From assembly GCA_965226495.1 (NCBI GenBank), contig OZ245365.1, forward strand, positions 1,344,001 through 1,408,000: DNA of 64,000 nt. The letters are read 5' to 3'. Source of the stretch: Candidatus Marinacidobacterales bacterium. Its GTDB lineage: Bacteria; Acidobacteriota; Vicinamibacteria; Marinacidobacterales; DATDRI01. The notes under the pieces are model-generated. The model saw only the letters and a list, made by a program, of their open reading frames with translations, was not told the DNA's origin and did not search any database. Positions within the stretch are counted from its first letter, which is position 1. Each line of letters starts with the position of its first letter. The translations under genes and the position numbers were made by a program. Positions 41,053 to 49,569 of this stretch are shown piece by piece.

Positions 41053-41358
41053 ATGGCCAAACCTAAATTCGACTCCGACAGCGACCGCAGCCGTTACAAA
41101 GAACGCCTCGAAGTCATCCAAACCCGCCTTAGTGCACGTTTTCAGTCTGTTACGCACAAATGGGACGCCGATTCGCAGACGGAGGTCTTTGCATTCTCCC
41201 AAAAGGATGAGAATTTCCGCCTGAATGTGCCCAGGGCGACGCTGGTCGATGAAAGTGTCGGCCTTTTCTATATCGAGTCCAGCGTCGATAGCGTGAAGGG
41301 CTCGAGCTGGAAGAGCATCCTACTAACGCCCACCGAGGGACTCGTTCCCCTCGAGTAG
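41053..41358 (+). CDS. Hypothetical 101-aa protein, copy 1
   Basis: RBS GAGGGA; paralog at 45218 keeps the frame and length with many synonymous changes. Confidence 0.78.
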   Translation: MAKPKFDSDSDRSRYKERLEVIQTRLSARFQSVTHKWDADSQTEVFAFSQKDENFRLNVPRATLVDESVGLFYIESSVDSVKGSSWKSILLTPTEGLVPLE

Positions 41359-41478
41359 TCGCCCCAAGACGGCTCGCATCCGTCGCCCACCACAACTGCG
41401 GCCCGAGCGACGGAGCACCCCCAACTTGGTTATGCTATAGCTTCGTGACACTCCGTTAGCAGCACGGATAGGCTCCTC

Positions 41479-43470
41479 ATGCACGCGCTCGTCATTCTTA
41501 AGGATCTCGTCATCATTCTAGCGGTGGCGATCCCCGTCGCCGCCCTCGCCAACCGCGCCCGGCTGCCCACCGTCGCCGGCTTCCTCGTCGCAGGAGTCGT
41601 CATCGGTCCGCATAGCTTCGCGCTCATCTCAGAGCCCGACACAGTGACGGAATTGGCGGAGCTCGGCGTCATGCTCCTCCTTTTCACCATCGGCCTCGAG
41701 TTTTCCCTGACTCGCATCGTACGGATGGGGCGTCTTGTACTCCAAGGTGGCGGGCTCCAGGTGGTGGGCACCATCGTCGCAGCCGCGGCGGTTGCCAACA
41801 TCGGGTTGGAAGTGCCCTGGAACCAAGCGTTGTTCTACGGATCGCTGGTCGCCCTGTCCTCGACGGCGATCGTCTTGAAGATCTACTCCGATCGCGTGGA
41901 GCTGGACAGTCCGCCGGGTCGTGTCGTGGTGTCGATCCTTCTTTTCCAGGACCTCTGCGTGGTTCCCTTGATGCTTCTTATTCCGGTCTTCGCTCACGCG
42001 GGTCCGGGCCTGGTCACTGGAACTTGGACCGCGATCGGCACGAGCCTGCTCGTTGTTGGCGGGCTGATGCTGACGGGACGGTTGGTAGTGCCGCGGATCT
42101 TGGATCGGGTCGTGCTTCTGAAAAACCGCGAGCTGTTTACATTGTGCATCGCCTTCTTTGCGGTGGGAGCCGCCTTCGTTACCGCGAGTTTTGGATTGTC
42201 TTTGGCCCTCGGCACTTTCCTCGCCGGTCTCGTGGTGTCCGAGTCGGACTATGGGCTTCAAGCCATCTCGGACGTCCGGCCTTTTCGGGATGTGTTTAGT
42301 GGGATTTTTTTCATCTCGGTCGGAATGCTTCTCGACATAGGCTTCGTAGGGACGTCACTGGCTCTCGTGGCGGCTGCGACCGGCGCTATTTTGCTACTCA
42401 AGGTTGTGATCACAACCGGGGCAGTGCTCTTTTTGAAGCGTGGTTTCCAGACCAGCATGGTAAGCGGGATCGGGCTCGCTCAGGTAGGAGAGTTCTCGTT
42501 CGTTCTAGCGAGCGTTGCCGCGCCGCTCGGACTCTTCGCCGGTAACGACTACCAGCTCTTTATCGCATCCTCGGTGGTCACGATGATATTGACGCCGTTC
42601 CTGATCGTCTCGGCCCGTCCGGTGGCGGAGTGGCTATGCCCGTACTTAGGGATCCGAGCCGTCTCCATGGAACCTCTCAAGCAAGCCGAGGTCGCTAAGA
42701 TGAGCGACCACGCCATCATCGTGGGCTACGGTTTGAGCGGACAACATCTCGTTCGAGTCTTGCGAGCTGCGGGCCTCGACTACGTGGTGCTAGAGCAAAA
42801 CGGACAGCTGGTCCATCGGGGACGAGAGGAAGGGGTTCGTGTGCTTTTCGGCGATGGCTCGCGAGAGGAGCTTTTGGAGGAGGTAGGCATCACCAGGGCC
42901 CGCGTCGTGGTGTTCGCCATCGCCTCTCCGACAGACGAGAGGCGCGGGGTAGCGATCGCGCACGGTCTCAACCCCGCGGCCCACATCTTGGTAAGGACAC
43001 GCTACGTCCGATCCATCGACGAACTGATGCGCCTGGGTGCGACCGAGGTGGTGGTCGAAGAGTTCGAGGCAACCCTCGAGCTGTTTGCCCGCGTTCTCGA
43101 ATGCTACGAGATACCGACCAATACCATTCAACGGGAGCTCGATGCGGTTCGGAACGAGCATTACAAGGGACTGCGCGAGGGCTCGCTCACCGACCTGAAG
43201 CTGGACGCCCTTCGGCATTTGGGCATTCACGGAGCGCTCGATCTGGTCGAGGTGGAGGACGGAGCTTCGGCACTCGGCGAAAGCCCTACCTCCCTGGACT
43301 TGAGGCGAGTGACAGGTGCCATCGTGATCGCCGTGGTTCGCGAGGGCAAGGCGCTCTATCGCCCGGACCCGAAGTTTGCTTTCAGGCCGGGGGATGCCGT
43401 CGTCCTGGTGGGGGATAGGGAGGCGCTGGAAGCGGCCACGAAACTGTTCAAGGCTGGTACGGAACGATAG
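41479..43470 (+). CDS. CPA2 (Kef-type) cation:proton antiporter with TrkA-N and TrkA-C domains
   Basis: AELGV.LLLF.IGLEFS, LSSTAIV, LLFQD, LAQVGEFSFV, IIVGYG, FGDG, RCK-C tail. Confidence 0.92.
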   Translation: MHALVILKDLVIILAVAIPVAALANRARLPTVAGFLVAGVVIGPHSFALISEPDTVTELAELGVMLLLFTIGLEFSLTRIVRMGRLVLQGGGLQVVGTIVAAAAVANIGLEVPWNQALFYGSLVALSSTAIVLKIYSDRVELDSPPGRVVVSILLFQDLCVVPLMLLIPVFAHAGPGLVTGTWTAIGTSLLVVGGLMLTGRLVVPRILDRVVLLKNRELFTLCIAFFAVGAAFVTASFGLSLALGTFLAGLVVSESDYGLQAISDVRPFRDVFSGIFFISVGMLLDIGFVGTSLALVAAATGAILLLKVVITTGAVLFLKRGFQTSMVSGIGLAQVGEFSFVLASVAAPLGLFAGNDYQLFIASSVVTMILTPFLIVSARPVAEWLCPYLGIRAVSMEPLKQAEVAKMSDHAIIVGYGLSGQHLVRVLRAAGLDYVVLEQNGQLVHRGREEGVRVLFGDGSREELLEEVGITRARVVVFAIASPTDERRGVAIAHGLNPAAHILVRTRYVRSIDELMRLGATEVVVEEFEATLELFARVLECYEIPTNTIQRELDAVRNEHYKGLREGSLTDLKLDALRHLGIHGALDLVEVEDGASALGESPTSLDLRRVTGAIVIAVVREGKALYRPDPKFAFRPGDAVVLVGDREALEAATKLFKAGTER

Positions 43471-43590
43471 AATTCTATCTTTTTTGGTTAGGATGAATGA
43501 ACTCAATTCTGGAAAATACTGATGATAAACAAAAATCGGATGATGTTTCTGACATGCTTCATAGCAAATATACTGTTTACGAACGTGGCT
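43471..43590 (+). pseudogene. Truncated copy of the leader and 5' end of the MBL gene at 45779
   Basis: Homologous to ~45722-45856; MINKNRMMFLTCFIANILFT. Confidence 0.75.
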
Positions 43591-43780
43591 ATGCGCACAC
43601 GGGGGCCTTCCCCGAGCTACTCCGCATCTACCACCTGCTGGGGGATCCTGGACTGAGAATCCGGTAGCTACTTCCTTTTCAGCGCCGCAACCTCGAGAAG
43701 CGCGACCGAGTCACACCGACCTTTGCTCGACCAGCCCCTTGCGATGCTGTAGAGTCCGGTGGCGCAAATGAGCAGATCGC

Positions 43781-43798
43781 TGTACACTTAGCTGTACG
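43781..43798. promoter_or_regulatory. TA operator, TGTACA/TGTACG 12 bp apart
   Basis: Matches the paired-TGTACA architecture known for YefM-type operators; directly upstream of the antitoxin. Confidence 0.6.
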
Positions 43799-43807
43799 GA
43801 GCTAGCC

Positions 43808-44083
43808 ATGAAAACAATGACGCTGACTGAGGCACGAAATCAGCTCTTGAAGGTGGCGGAGGAAATGGAACGGAGGCCGGACCAGGTCGTGGAAGTCGTC
43901 AAAAGAGGCAAGAAGGTCATGACCTTATTGTCTGCCGAGGTCTACGAGGCTATCGTCGAGACGCTGGAGGTTGTGGCGGACGAGGCAGCCTTCACCAAAC
44001 TGCGCCGGGCCGTAAAAGAGATCGAGGCGGGAAAAGGCATGTCCTGGAGCGATGCTCGGAAGGAACTGGGGTTGTCGGAGTAG
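43808..44083 (+). CDS. Phd/YefM family antitoxin
   Basis: MKTMTLTEARNQL..V......V.V.KRG...LLS...YE...ETLE. Confidence 0.88.
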   Translation: MKTMTLTEARNQLLKVAEEMERRPDQVVEVVKRGKKVMTLLSAEVYEAIVETLEVVADEAAFTKLRRAVKEIEAGKGMSWSDARKELGLSE

Positions 44084-44086
44084 GGC

Positions 44087-44422
44087 TTGCCTGGCCGCTA
44101 CGAGATCGAGATCGCTCCGACGGGATATCGATCACTCAAGACCCTCAAAGGCAAGAAGCTTCGTCGCGAGATCGCCAAAGTCATCGATGGGTTGGCGCGT
44201 GCTCCCGAGGAGCAAGGGAAGGCGCTCCTGGGACCACTCGAAGGGGTGCGGAGTGTGCGCGCGGCTCGCGATCGTTTCCGAATCCTTTACAGGGTTGACA
44301 CACGCGCGAGGGTCGTGTCCGTTTTGCTAGTCGGTGAGAGAGCAGCGGGACAGGATGCGGATATCTACGCCCTAGCGCAGAGGCTCCTCGCTACGTTTGG
44401 GAGCGGTGCCGAAGAGGATTGA
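44087..44422 (+). CDS. RelE/ParE family toxin
   Basis: Y.IEI....R.LK...I...I..L...P...GK.L.G.L.G.RS.R....FRILY.V. Confidence 0.87.
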   Translation: MPGRYEIEIAPTGYRSLKTLKGKKLRREIAKVIDGLARAPEEQGKALLGPLEGVRSVRAARDRFRILYRVDTRARVVSVLLVGERAAGQDADIYALAQRLLATFGSGAEED

Positions 44423-44437
44423 CGTCCTACTTCATTC

Positions 44438-44521
44438 ATGCCTCAAGTATGGGTGCGAGGCCTCAATGATGAACCCGTGGCGAGGCTGAAGAAGCGAGCC
44501 TGAAACTACAGCCGTTCCTGA
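44438..44521 (+). pseudogene. FitA-like ribbon-helix-helix antitoxin remnant
   Basis: MPQVWVRGLNDEPVARLKKRA*NYSRS*, internal stop. Confidence 0.55.
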
Positions 44522-44808
44522 TACCTGATGTGGCCGCGGGAAGTCACATCGATCTGACGCTCTTCGGTGGCGGCGTGTACTCGGGCAGCCCGACGATAAC
44601 AGAGCGGGACGAGCAACCAGCTCCCGTAGCGCATAGCACCATCGCTCGGCTTTCGGACCTAACTCGGGCGAACAAGTGGATCGTTGTCATTCTGATGGGC
44701 GCGGCGCTTGCCTTTGGCCTCATTAGCGCGTTTGCTCCCCGCAACACTTCCAAATGATATTCGAATGCACACTCTGTGAAATAGGGCTCGGGCGAGAGCC
44801 GACACCGC

Positions 44809-44995
44809 GAGCCTTAACGCTTACCGGATCCAAACGGAGCTCTCGTTTCAGAAGCATGGAGCCCCGGAGCTGCCTTCCCATGAGTCCCTCATCCCGGTGC
44901 GGGTGAGCGGGGAGGGGCTTACCACCTGAGCGTCTGCCTATCAACAGCTTCGCGCTTTTGCCCTGGGCCAGGGTTCACGTTGGTGGAGCGTCGCG
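44809..44995 (+). repeat. 187-bp dispersed repeat, copy 2
   Basis: Near-identical to 25715-25901. Confidence 0.88.
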
Positions 44996-45217
44996 TCGGT
45001 TCCGACATTCCGGTAATCCCGAACCCACTCCTGGGCGTTCCGGCCCGGCCTATCCGAACCTGAGACATCCTAGAACCCCCCTCCTGACACCGTTCTGTCA
45101 GGAGGGTTTCAGGGGGCTGCCGAGGGCTCCGACACGCCGAAAGGCAATTGTGCTCCGTCTCATGGTATGGCACTCTGAGCATGAGCTCTATCCGGGGCCG
45201 GCAGGACCGAGGGACAC

Positions 45218-45523
45218 ATGGCCAAACCTAAATTTGATTCCGACAGCGACCTTAGTCGTTACAAAGAGCGCATCGAAGTCATTCAGACCCGCCTCAGTGC
45301 GCGCTTCCAAAAGGTTACCCATGATTGGGACGCCGATTCGAAGACTGAGATCTTTGCCTTCTCCCAGAAGGACGAGAATTTCCGCCTGAATGTGCCCCGA
45401 GTGACCCTCGTCCTTGAAAGTGTGGGGCTCTTCTATATCGAGTCGAACGTCGATAACGTGAAAGGCTCGAGCTGGAAGAGCATCCTGTTGACCCCGACCG
45501 AAGGCCTAGTACCCCTCGAGTAG
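45218..45523 (+). CDS. Hypothetical 101-aa protein, copy 2
   Basis: Paralog of 41053..41358, including ~170 bp of upstream sequence. Confidence 0.78.
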   Translation: MAKPKFDSDSDLSRYKERIEVIQTRLSARFQKVTHDWDADSKTEIFAFSQKDENFRLNVPRVTLVLESVGLFYIESNVDNVKGSSWKSILLTPTEGLVPLE

Positions 45524-45592
45524 ACCCCCGAAAGCTGGCCCGCTCCGGCGCCAGAGTATAGACTCCCTTTCGTCGTGTCAGGAGGGAGGCTC

Positions 45593-45713
45593 ATGGGAAT
45601 TGAGACAGTCGAGCTCGCACCAGACTTTCGCATTCCTAGAATCTTGAAGGGGCGTAGTAGATCGCGCAGGGGCACGGGAACGTGCCGTTGCAGGACCCGA
45701 TCGAAGACATGTT
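45593..45713 (+). pseudogene. Truncated copy of the aldo/keto reductase 5' end
   Basis: MGIETVELAPDFRIPRILKG..., homologous to 46832-46953; frameshifted. Confidence 0.8.
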
Positions 45714-45778
45714 GTCGAACCGAATATTGTATCTTTTCTAGTTAGGATGAACGAACTCAATTCAGGACAATATTTTAA

Positions 45779-46810
45779 ATGATAAACAAGAACCGGATAA
45801 CTCTTGCAACGTTTCTGACGTGCTTCATAACAAACATACTGTTGACGGACTTGGCTGTCGCGGCGGAACGAGAACAACGTGATTTTTCATCTTCAGATAT
45901 CACTAAGGTACTAATGTTAGGCACGGGTACTCCGGTACCAAACCCAGAAAAGCGCGGCACAAGTATTGCAGTTATTGTTAAGGGTATCCCCTACATTGTT
46001 GACGCTGGTGCGGGTATCTGGAGAGCCATGGGCGAAGAAATGCCAGATGTGCCAATGCCCGGATGGCAAGATCGTAAGCCCAGTAAAGTTAAAGGGTTTG
46101 AGTTGCACAAAGCTGTTTGGGAGCGCGTGTTTCTCACACACCTGCACAGCGACCATACCATTGGTTTGCCTAGCCTAATTCTGTTGCCCTGGTCGTGGCG
46201 TCGCGAAGAGCCGCCGCACATCTATGGTCCCCCAGGTACGAAAGACCTGGTAGACGGAATATTATCTGCCTATCGGCATGACATTGCCTTCCGTGTGTAC
46301 GGCGACGAAGCCAACAACGACACGGGTTGGAGAGCGGTTGCCCATGAAATCTTTAAGCCGGGATTTGTTTACAAAGACGAGAACGTCAAAGTATCCGCGT
46401 TTAAAACCCAGCATGGAACCGCTCCGGCAACTTTCGCCTACCGCTTCGAAACACCTGATCGGGTTATTATCATTTCCGGTGACACCGGATATAGAGATGA
46501 GGGATATAGCGACACCAATTTAGACCTGGGAGTTCTGGAAGCTGCGAAGGGCGTTGAGGTAGACATACTTCTTCATGAGGTGTTCGGTATAGATGATTTG
46601 GACTCTTTTCCTTACGAAATGTCTCGCGCTGAGTTATACCATACTTCAACCAAGAAGCTTGCTGAGATTGCAAACATCGTGAAGCCAAGCCTCCTTGTTA
46701 TGTACCACGTCCAGAATTTTACCGACAATCCGAATCAATTGCTCGAGGAGATAGAGCACTATGGCTGGAAAGGGAAGGCTGTAGACGCGCAGGAACGAGA
46801 CGTGTATTAG
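45779..46810 (+). CDS. MBL-fold hydrolase (RNase Z/AtsA-like), secreted
   Basis: LGTGTP, VDAG, THLHSDHT, SGDT, LLHE, YHTS. Confidence 0.87.
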   Translation: MINKNRITLATFLTCFITNILLTDLAVAAEREQRDFSSSDITKVLMLGTGTPVPNPEKRGTSIAVIVKGIPYIVDAGAGIWRAMGEEMPDVPMPGWQDRKPSKVKGFELHKAVWERVFLTHLHSDHTIGLPSLILLPWSWRREEPPHIYGPPGTKDLVDGILSAYRHDIAFRVYGDEANNDTGWRAVAHEIFKPGFVYKDENVKVSAFKTQHGTAPATFAYRFETPDRVIIISGDTGYRDEGYSDTNLDLGVLEAAKGVEVDILLHEVFGIDDLDSFPYEMSRAELYHTSTKKLAEIANIVKPSLLVMYHVQNFTDNPNQLLEEIEHYGWKGKAVDAQERDVY

Positions 46811-46831
46811 TAATGTCCGGGGTGTGAACCC

Positions 46832-47893
46832 ATGGCAATTGAGACGGTCGAGCTCGCTGAAGACTTTCGCATTCCCAGGATCCTGAAGGGGGCATGGCAG
46901 ATCGCGCAAGGGCACGGGAGCGTGCCTCTGCAGGAGCCCATCGAAGACATGTTTCGATTTGCCGAGGCGGGGGTCTTCGCCTTCGACTGCGGTGACGTCT
47001 ACGCGGGGGTCGAGGATCTCATCGGCCAATTCATCGAAGCTCGGCGTCAGCGCTTGGGAGACGCATCGGACATCAAGGTACTGACCAAATTCATTCCGGA
47101 CTTCGATGCGCTCCCGACCGTGGACAAGAGTTACGTTCAGCGCGTGGTCGACCAGTCCTTGCGCCGATTGCGCCTGGAGCGGCTCGACGTGCTGCAGTTC
47201 TTCTGGTGGTCCTACGACGTGCCAGGCTACATCAATGCCATCCACTGGGTGGATGAGCTACGGCAGGCCGGGAAGATCCACAAGATCGGGCTCGTCAACA
47301 TCGATGTGAAGCGAACTTTGGAGATCCTAGAGTCGGGGATAGAGGTTACGACCGCACAGGCTCCTTATTCCGTCCTCGACAATCGACCGGAACGAGGCGT
47401 GGCCGAGCTCTGCGAGAAACACGGGATTGGCCTGCTCTGTTACGCGACCGTCGCAGGTGGTCTTTTGAGCGAGAAGTGGTTGGGCGCGGAAGAGCCAACT
47501 CTACCTATGGAAAACCGCTCCGTGGAGAAGTACAAGCTGGTCATTGACGAGATCGGAGGCTGGGCGCTCTTTCAGGAGATGCTTCAGACTCTCAAGCGGA
47601 TCGCCGTGAAACACGAGGTCAGCATTACCAACGTGGCGACGAGATACGTACTAGAAAGGCCACAAGTCGCATCCATCATTTTGGGCGCTCGAAACGTCGA
47701 TCACCTGGAGGATACTCTCCGCCTCTTTTCTTTCGATCTCGACGACGAGGACTATGCCGCGATTAGAGCAGTGCAGTCTCGCCTCACCGGCCCGCCCGGT
47801 GACGTCTACGAAATGGAGCGCGACCTCAATGGACCGCATTGGAAGAGGATGAACATCAACCTGCATAGCAAGCTGAGCGAGAACTTGGAGTGA
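46832..47893 (+). CDS. Aldo/keto reductase
   Basis: G.WQ, FDCGD.Y, TK, SLRRL..E.LD.LQF, IG..N, GGLLS. Confidence 0.9.
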   Translation: MAIETVELAEDFRIPRILKGAWQIAQGHGSVPLQEPIEDMFRFAEAGVFAFDCGDVYAGVEDLIGQFIEARRQRLGDASDIKVLTKFIPDFDALPTVDKSYVQRVVDQSLRRLRLERLDVLQFFWWSYDVPGYINAIHWVDELRQAGKIHKIGLVNIDVKRTLEILESGIEVTTAQAPYSVLDNRPERGVAELCEKHGIGLLCYATVAGGLLSEKWLGAEEPTLPMENRSVEKYKLVIDEIGGWALFQEMLQTLKRIAVKHEVSITNVATRYVLERPQVASIILGARNVDHLEDTLRLFSFDLDDEDYAAIRAVQSRLTGPPGDVYEMERDLNGPHWKRMNINLHSKLSENLE

Positions 47894-48423
47894 CCTACAA
47901 GGCGAGACGCATCGTGACCGCGGAACGTGAGGACGGGAGCTCCTACATCTTGAGCGACGGCGAGGTCGATTCCACCACCGGCATTCCCGGAGTTCTCGAA
48001 ATCACCGAGCTATGGTCTTCGGACGAGTCGCCTGCGCGAATACCCCTAACCAACGACGTCATCTCGGGGCCGCCCGCGACATTGGAGCCCACCCGTACCG
48101 GCAACAAACTCGTTGTCGAGGTGGCCTGGCCCGACAAAGATCCCTTCGATCCCGCGAAGGCCAAGGAAATGTTCGATTCCATCAAGGCACCCGACGCCTT
48201 GTCCCAACAGGACGGGCAGAAGTATCCGGGTATGCATCGCACCAACACCATCGACTATGTGGTGATTCTGCTTGGCGAGATTTGGCTGGTCGTCGATGAC
48301 AGAGAATTATTGGTGAAGCAGGGCGATGTCGTTGTGCAGGGCGGCGTCAATCACACTTGGGTGAACCGCTCCGACGCGCCTTGCGTTCTTCTTGCCGTTC
48401 TCGTCGGCGCCGAAAGAGGCTGA
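47890..48423 (+). CDS. Cupin domain protein
   Basis: RRIVT, MHRT.TIDY..IL.GEI, GDVVVQ.G.NH.W.N. Confidence 0.88.
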   Translation: MTYKARRIVTAEREDGSSYILSDGEVDSTTGIPGVLEITELWSSDESPARIPLTNDVISGPPATLEPTRTGNKLVVEVAWPDKDPFDPAKAKEMFDSIKAPDALSQQDGQKYPGMHRTNTIDYVVILLGEIWLVVDDRELLVKQGDVVVQGGVNHTWVNRSDAPCVLLAVLVGAERG

Positions 48424-48432
48424 GCGCTTCCA

Positions 48433-49569
48433 TTGAAGAAGCTTTCGGCGATCGTCTTCTCCTACTTCTTTGGAGCCACGTTCATTCTCAGCCTGCCGAT
48501 TTGGGTCGGTGCCCTGGTCGAAAGCTATTCGCTAAGCGAGAGAATCGGCGGATTCATTGGATCGTTGGAGCTGAGTAGCGTGGCGATCTCGATGCTCCTT
48601 TCCTCCCGATACATCCATCTCGTGAATAAACGCTTGCTCAGCCTGATCGCCGCGGTCTTCGCGATTGGCGGCAATCTGGTCGCAGCCCTAGTGGAGCCGC
48701 TCTCGATCGTGATCGCAATGCGCGCGCTGGTGGGTCTCTCACTGGGAGCGGTCATTACGTGCGCTCTTTCGACAGCGGCCGGGACGTCCCGCGCTCAGCG
48801 GACCTTTTCCATCATGGAAATCTCACTCGCGCTCATGGCTTCGGTTTTCTACTACGCCGTTGCAGGTCCCACCGAAAGCTACGGCGTTAGCGGCGTCTTC
48901 GGTACGCTGGTGGTAGTTCTTCTCATCTGCGTTCCGTTCTTCATTTTCCTTCCTACCGAGAAATTCGCCGATGCCCGGCCGACCGACGTACCGGGCCGGC
49001 TCGGGGCAATCGAGTGGCGCGGTATTTGCGGACACGGACTTGTGTTCGTGGCGATGTTCAGCTTTTGGACCTTTGTCGAGCGCATCGGTTCCGCACTCCA
49101 GCTCTCGATGGATACAGTTGGTCCCATCTTGTCGGTGGCTTTCATAACCGCTCTCGCTGGGCCGGCGGTCGCTCCATGGGTGGTTCGCACATTTGGGAGG
49201 CGCCTACCCGCGGCGACGGCCATCGTGGTCATGGCGACGTTTGGGCTCCTACTCACTCACGCTTCATCGGTCTTGATGTATGGAGCGGCGGTCATCGTCA
49301 TCAAGACGTTCTTCCTTTTCTATAGCGTGGTGACGAACGGTTTGTTCGCGAGCCTGGATCCGAGCGGGAAGTTGAACGGCATGGGACTGGCATTTGCCGT
49401 GGGTGGAACATCCCTGGGGCCGTCGTACGGTGGACTCGTTTTGGCCGATCAGGAATACGCACTCCTTGGTTGGTTTGCTTTGCTCCCCTGGCTACTGGGA
49501 CTCGTTCTCCTGTTGCCAGCGGCTCGTAAAGCCGAGATGATTACGCGCACGGGAGGGTCTACGATATGA
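48433..49569 (+). CDS. MFS transporter
   Basis: About 12 TM helices; W.FVERIG; D..G. Confidence 0.82.
   Translation: MKKLSAIVFSYFFGATFILSLPIWVGALVESYSLSERIGGFIGSLELSSVAISMLLSSRYIHLVNKRLLSLIAAVFAIGGNLVAALVEPLSIVIAMRALVGLSLGAVITCALSTAAGTSRAQRTFSIMEISLALMASVFYYAVAGPTESYGVSGVFGTLVVVLLICVPFFIFLPTEKFADARPTDVPGRLGAIEWRGICGHGLVFVAMFSFWTFVERIGSALQLSMDTVGPILSVAFITALAGPAVAPWVVRTFGRRLPAATAIVVMATFGLLLTHASSVLMYGAAVIVIKTFFLFYSVVTNGLFASLDPSGKLNGMGLAFAVGGTSLGPSYGGLVLADQEYALLGWFALLPWLLGLVLLLPAARKAEMITRTGGSTI

Noticed and set aside
44530-44757. 75-aa ORF with one hydrophobic segment
   Set aside because: GTG start without a clear RBS, in decayed sequence; could be a fragment, not supportable.
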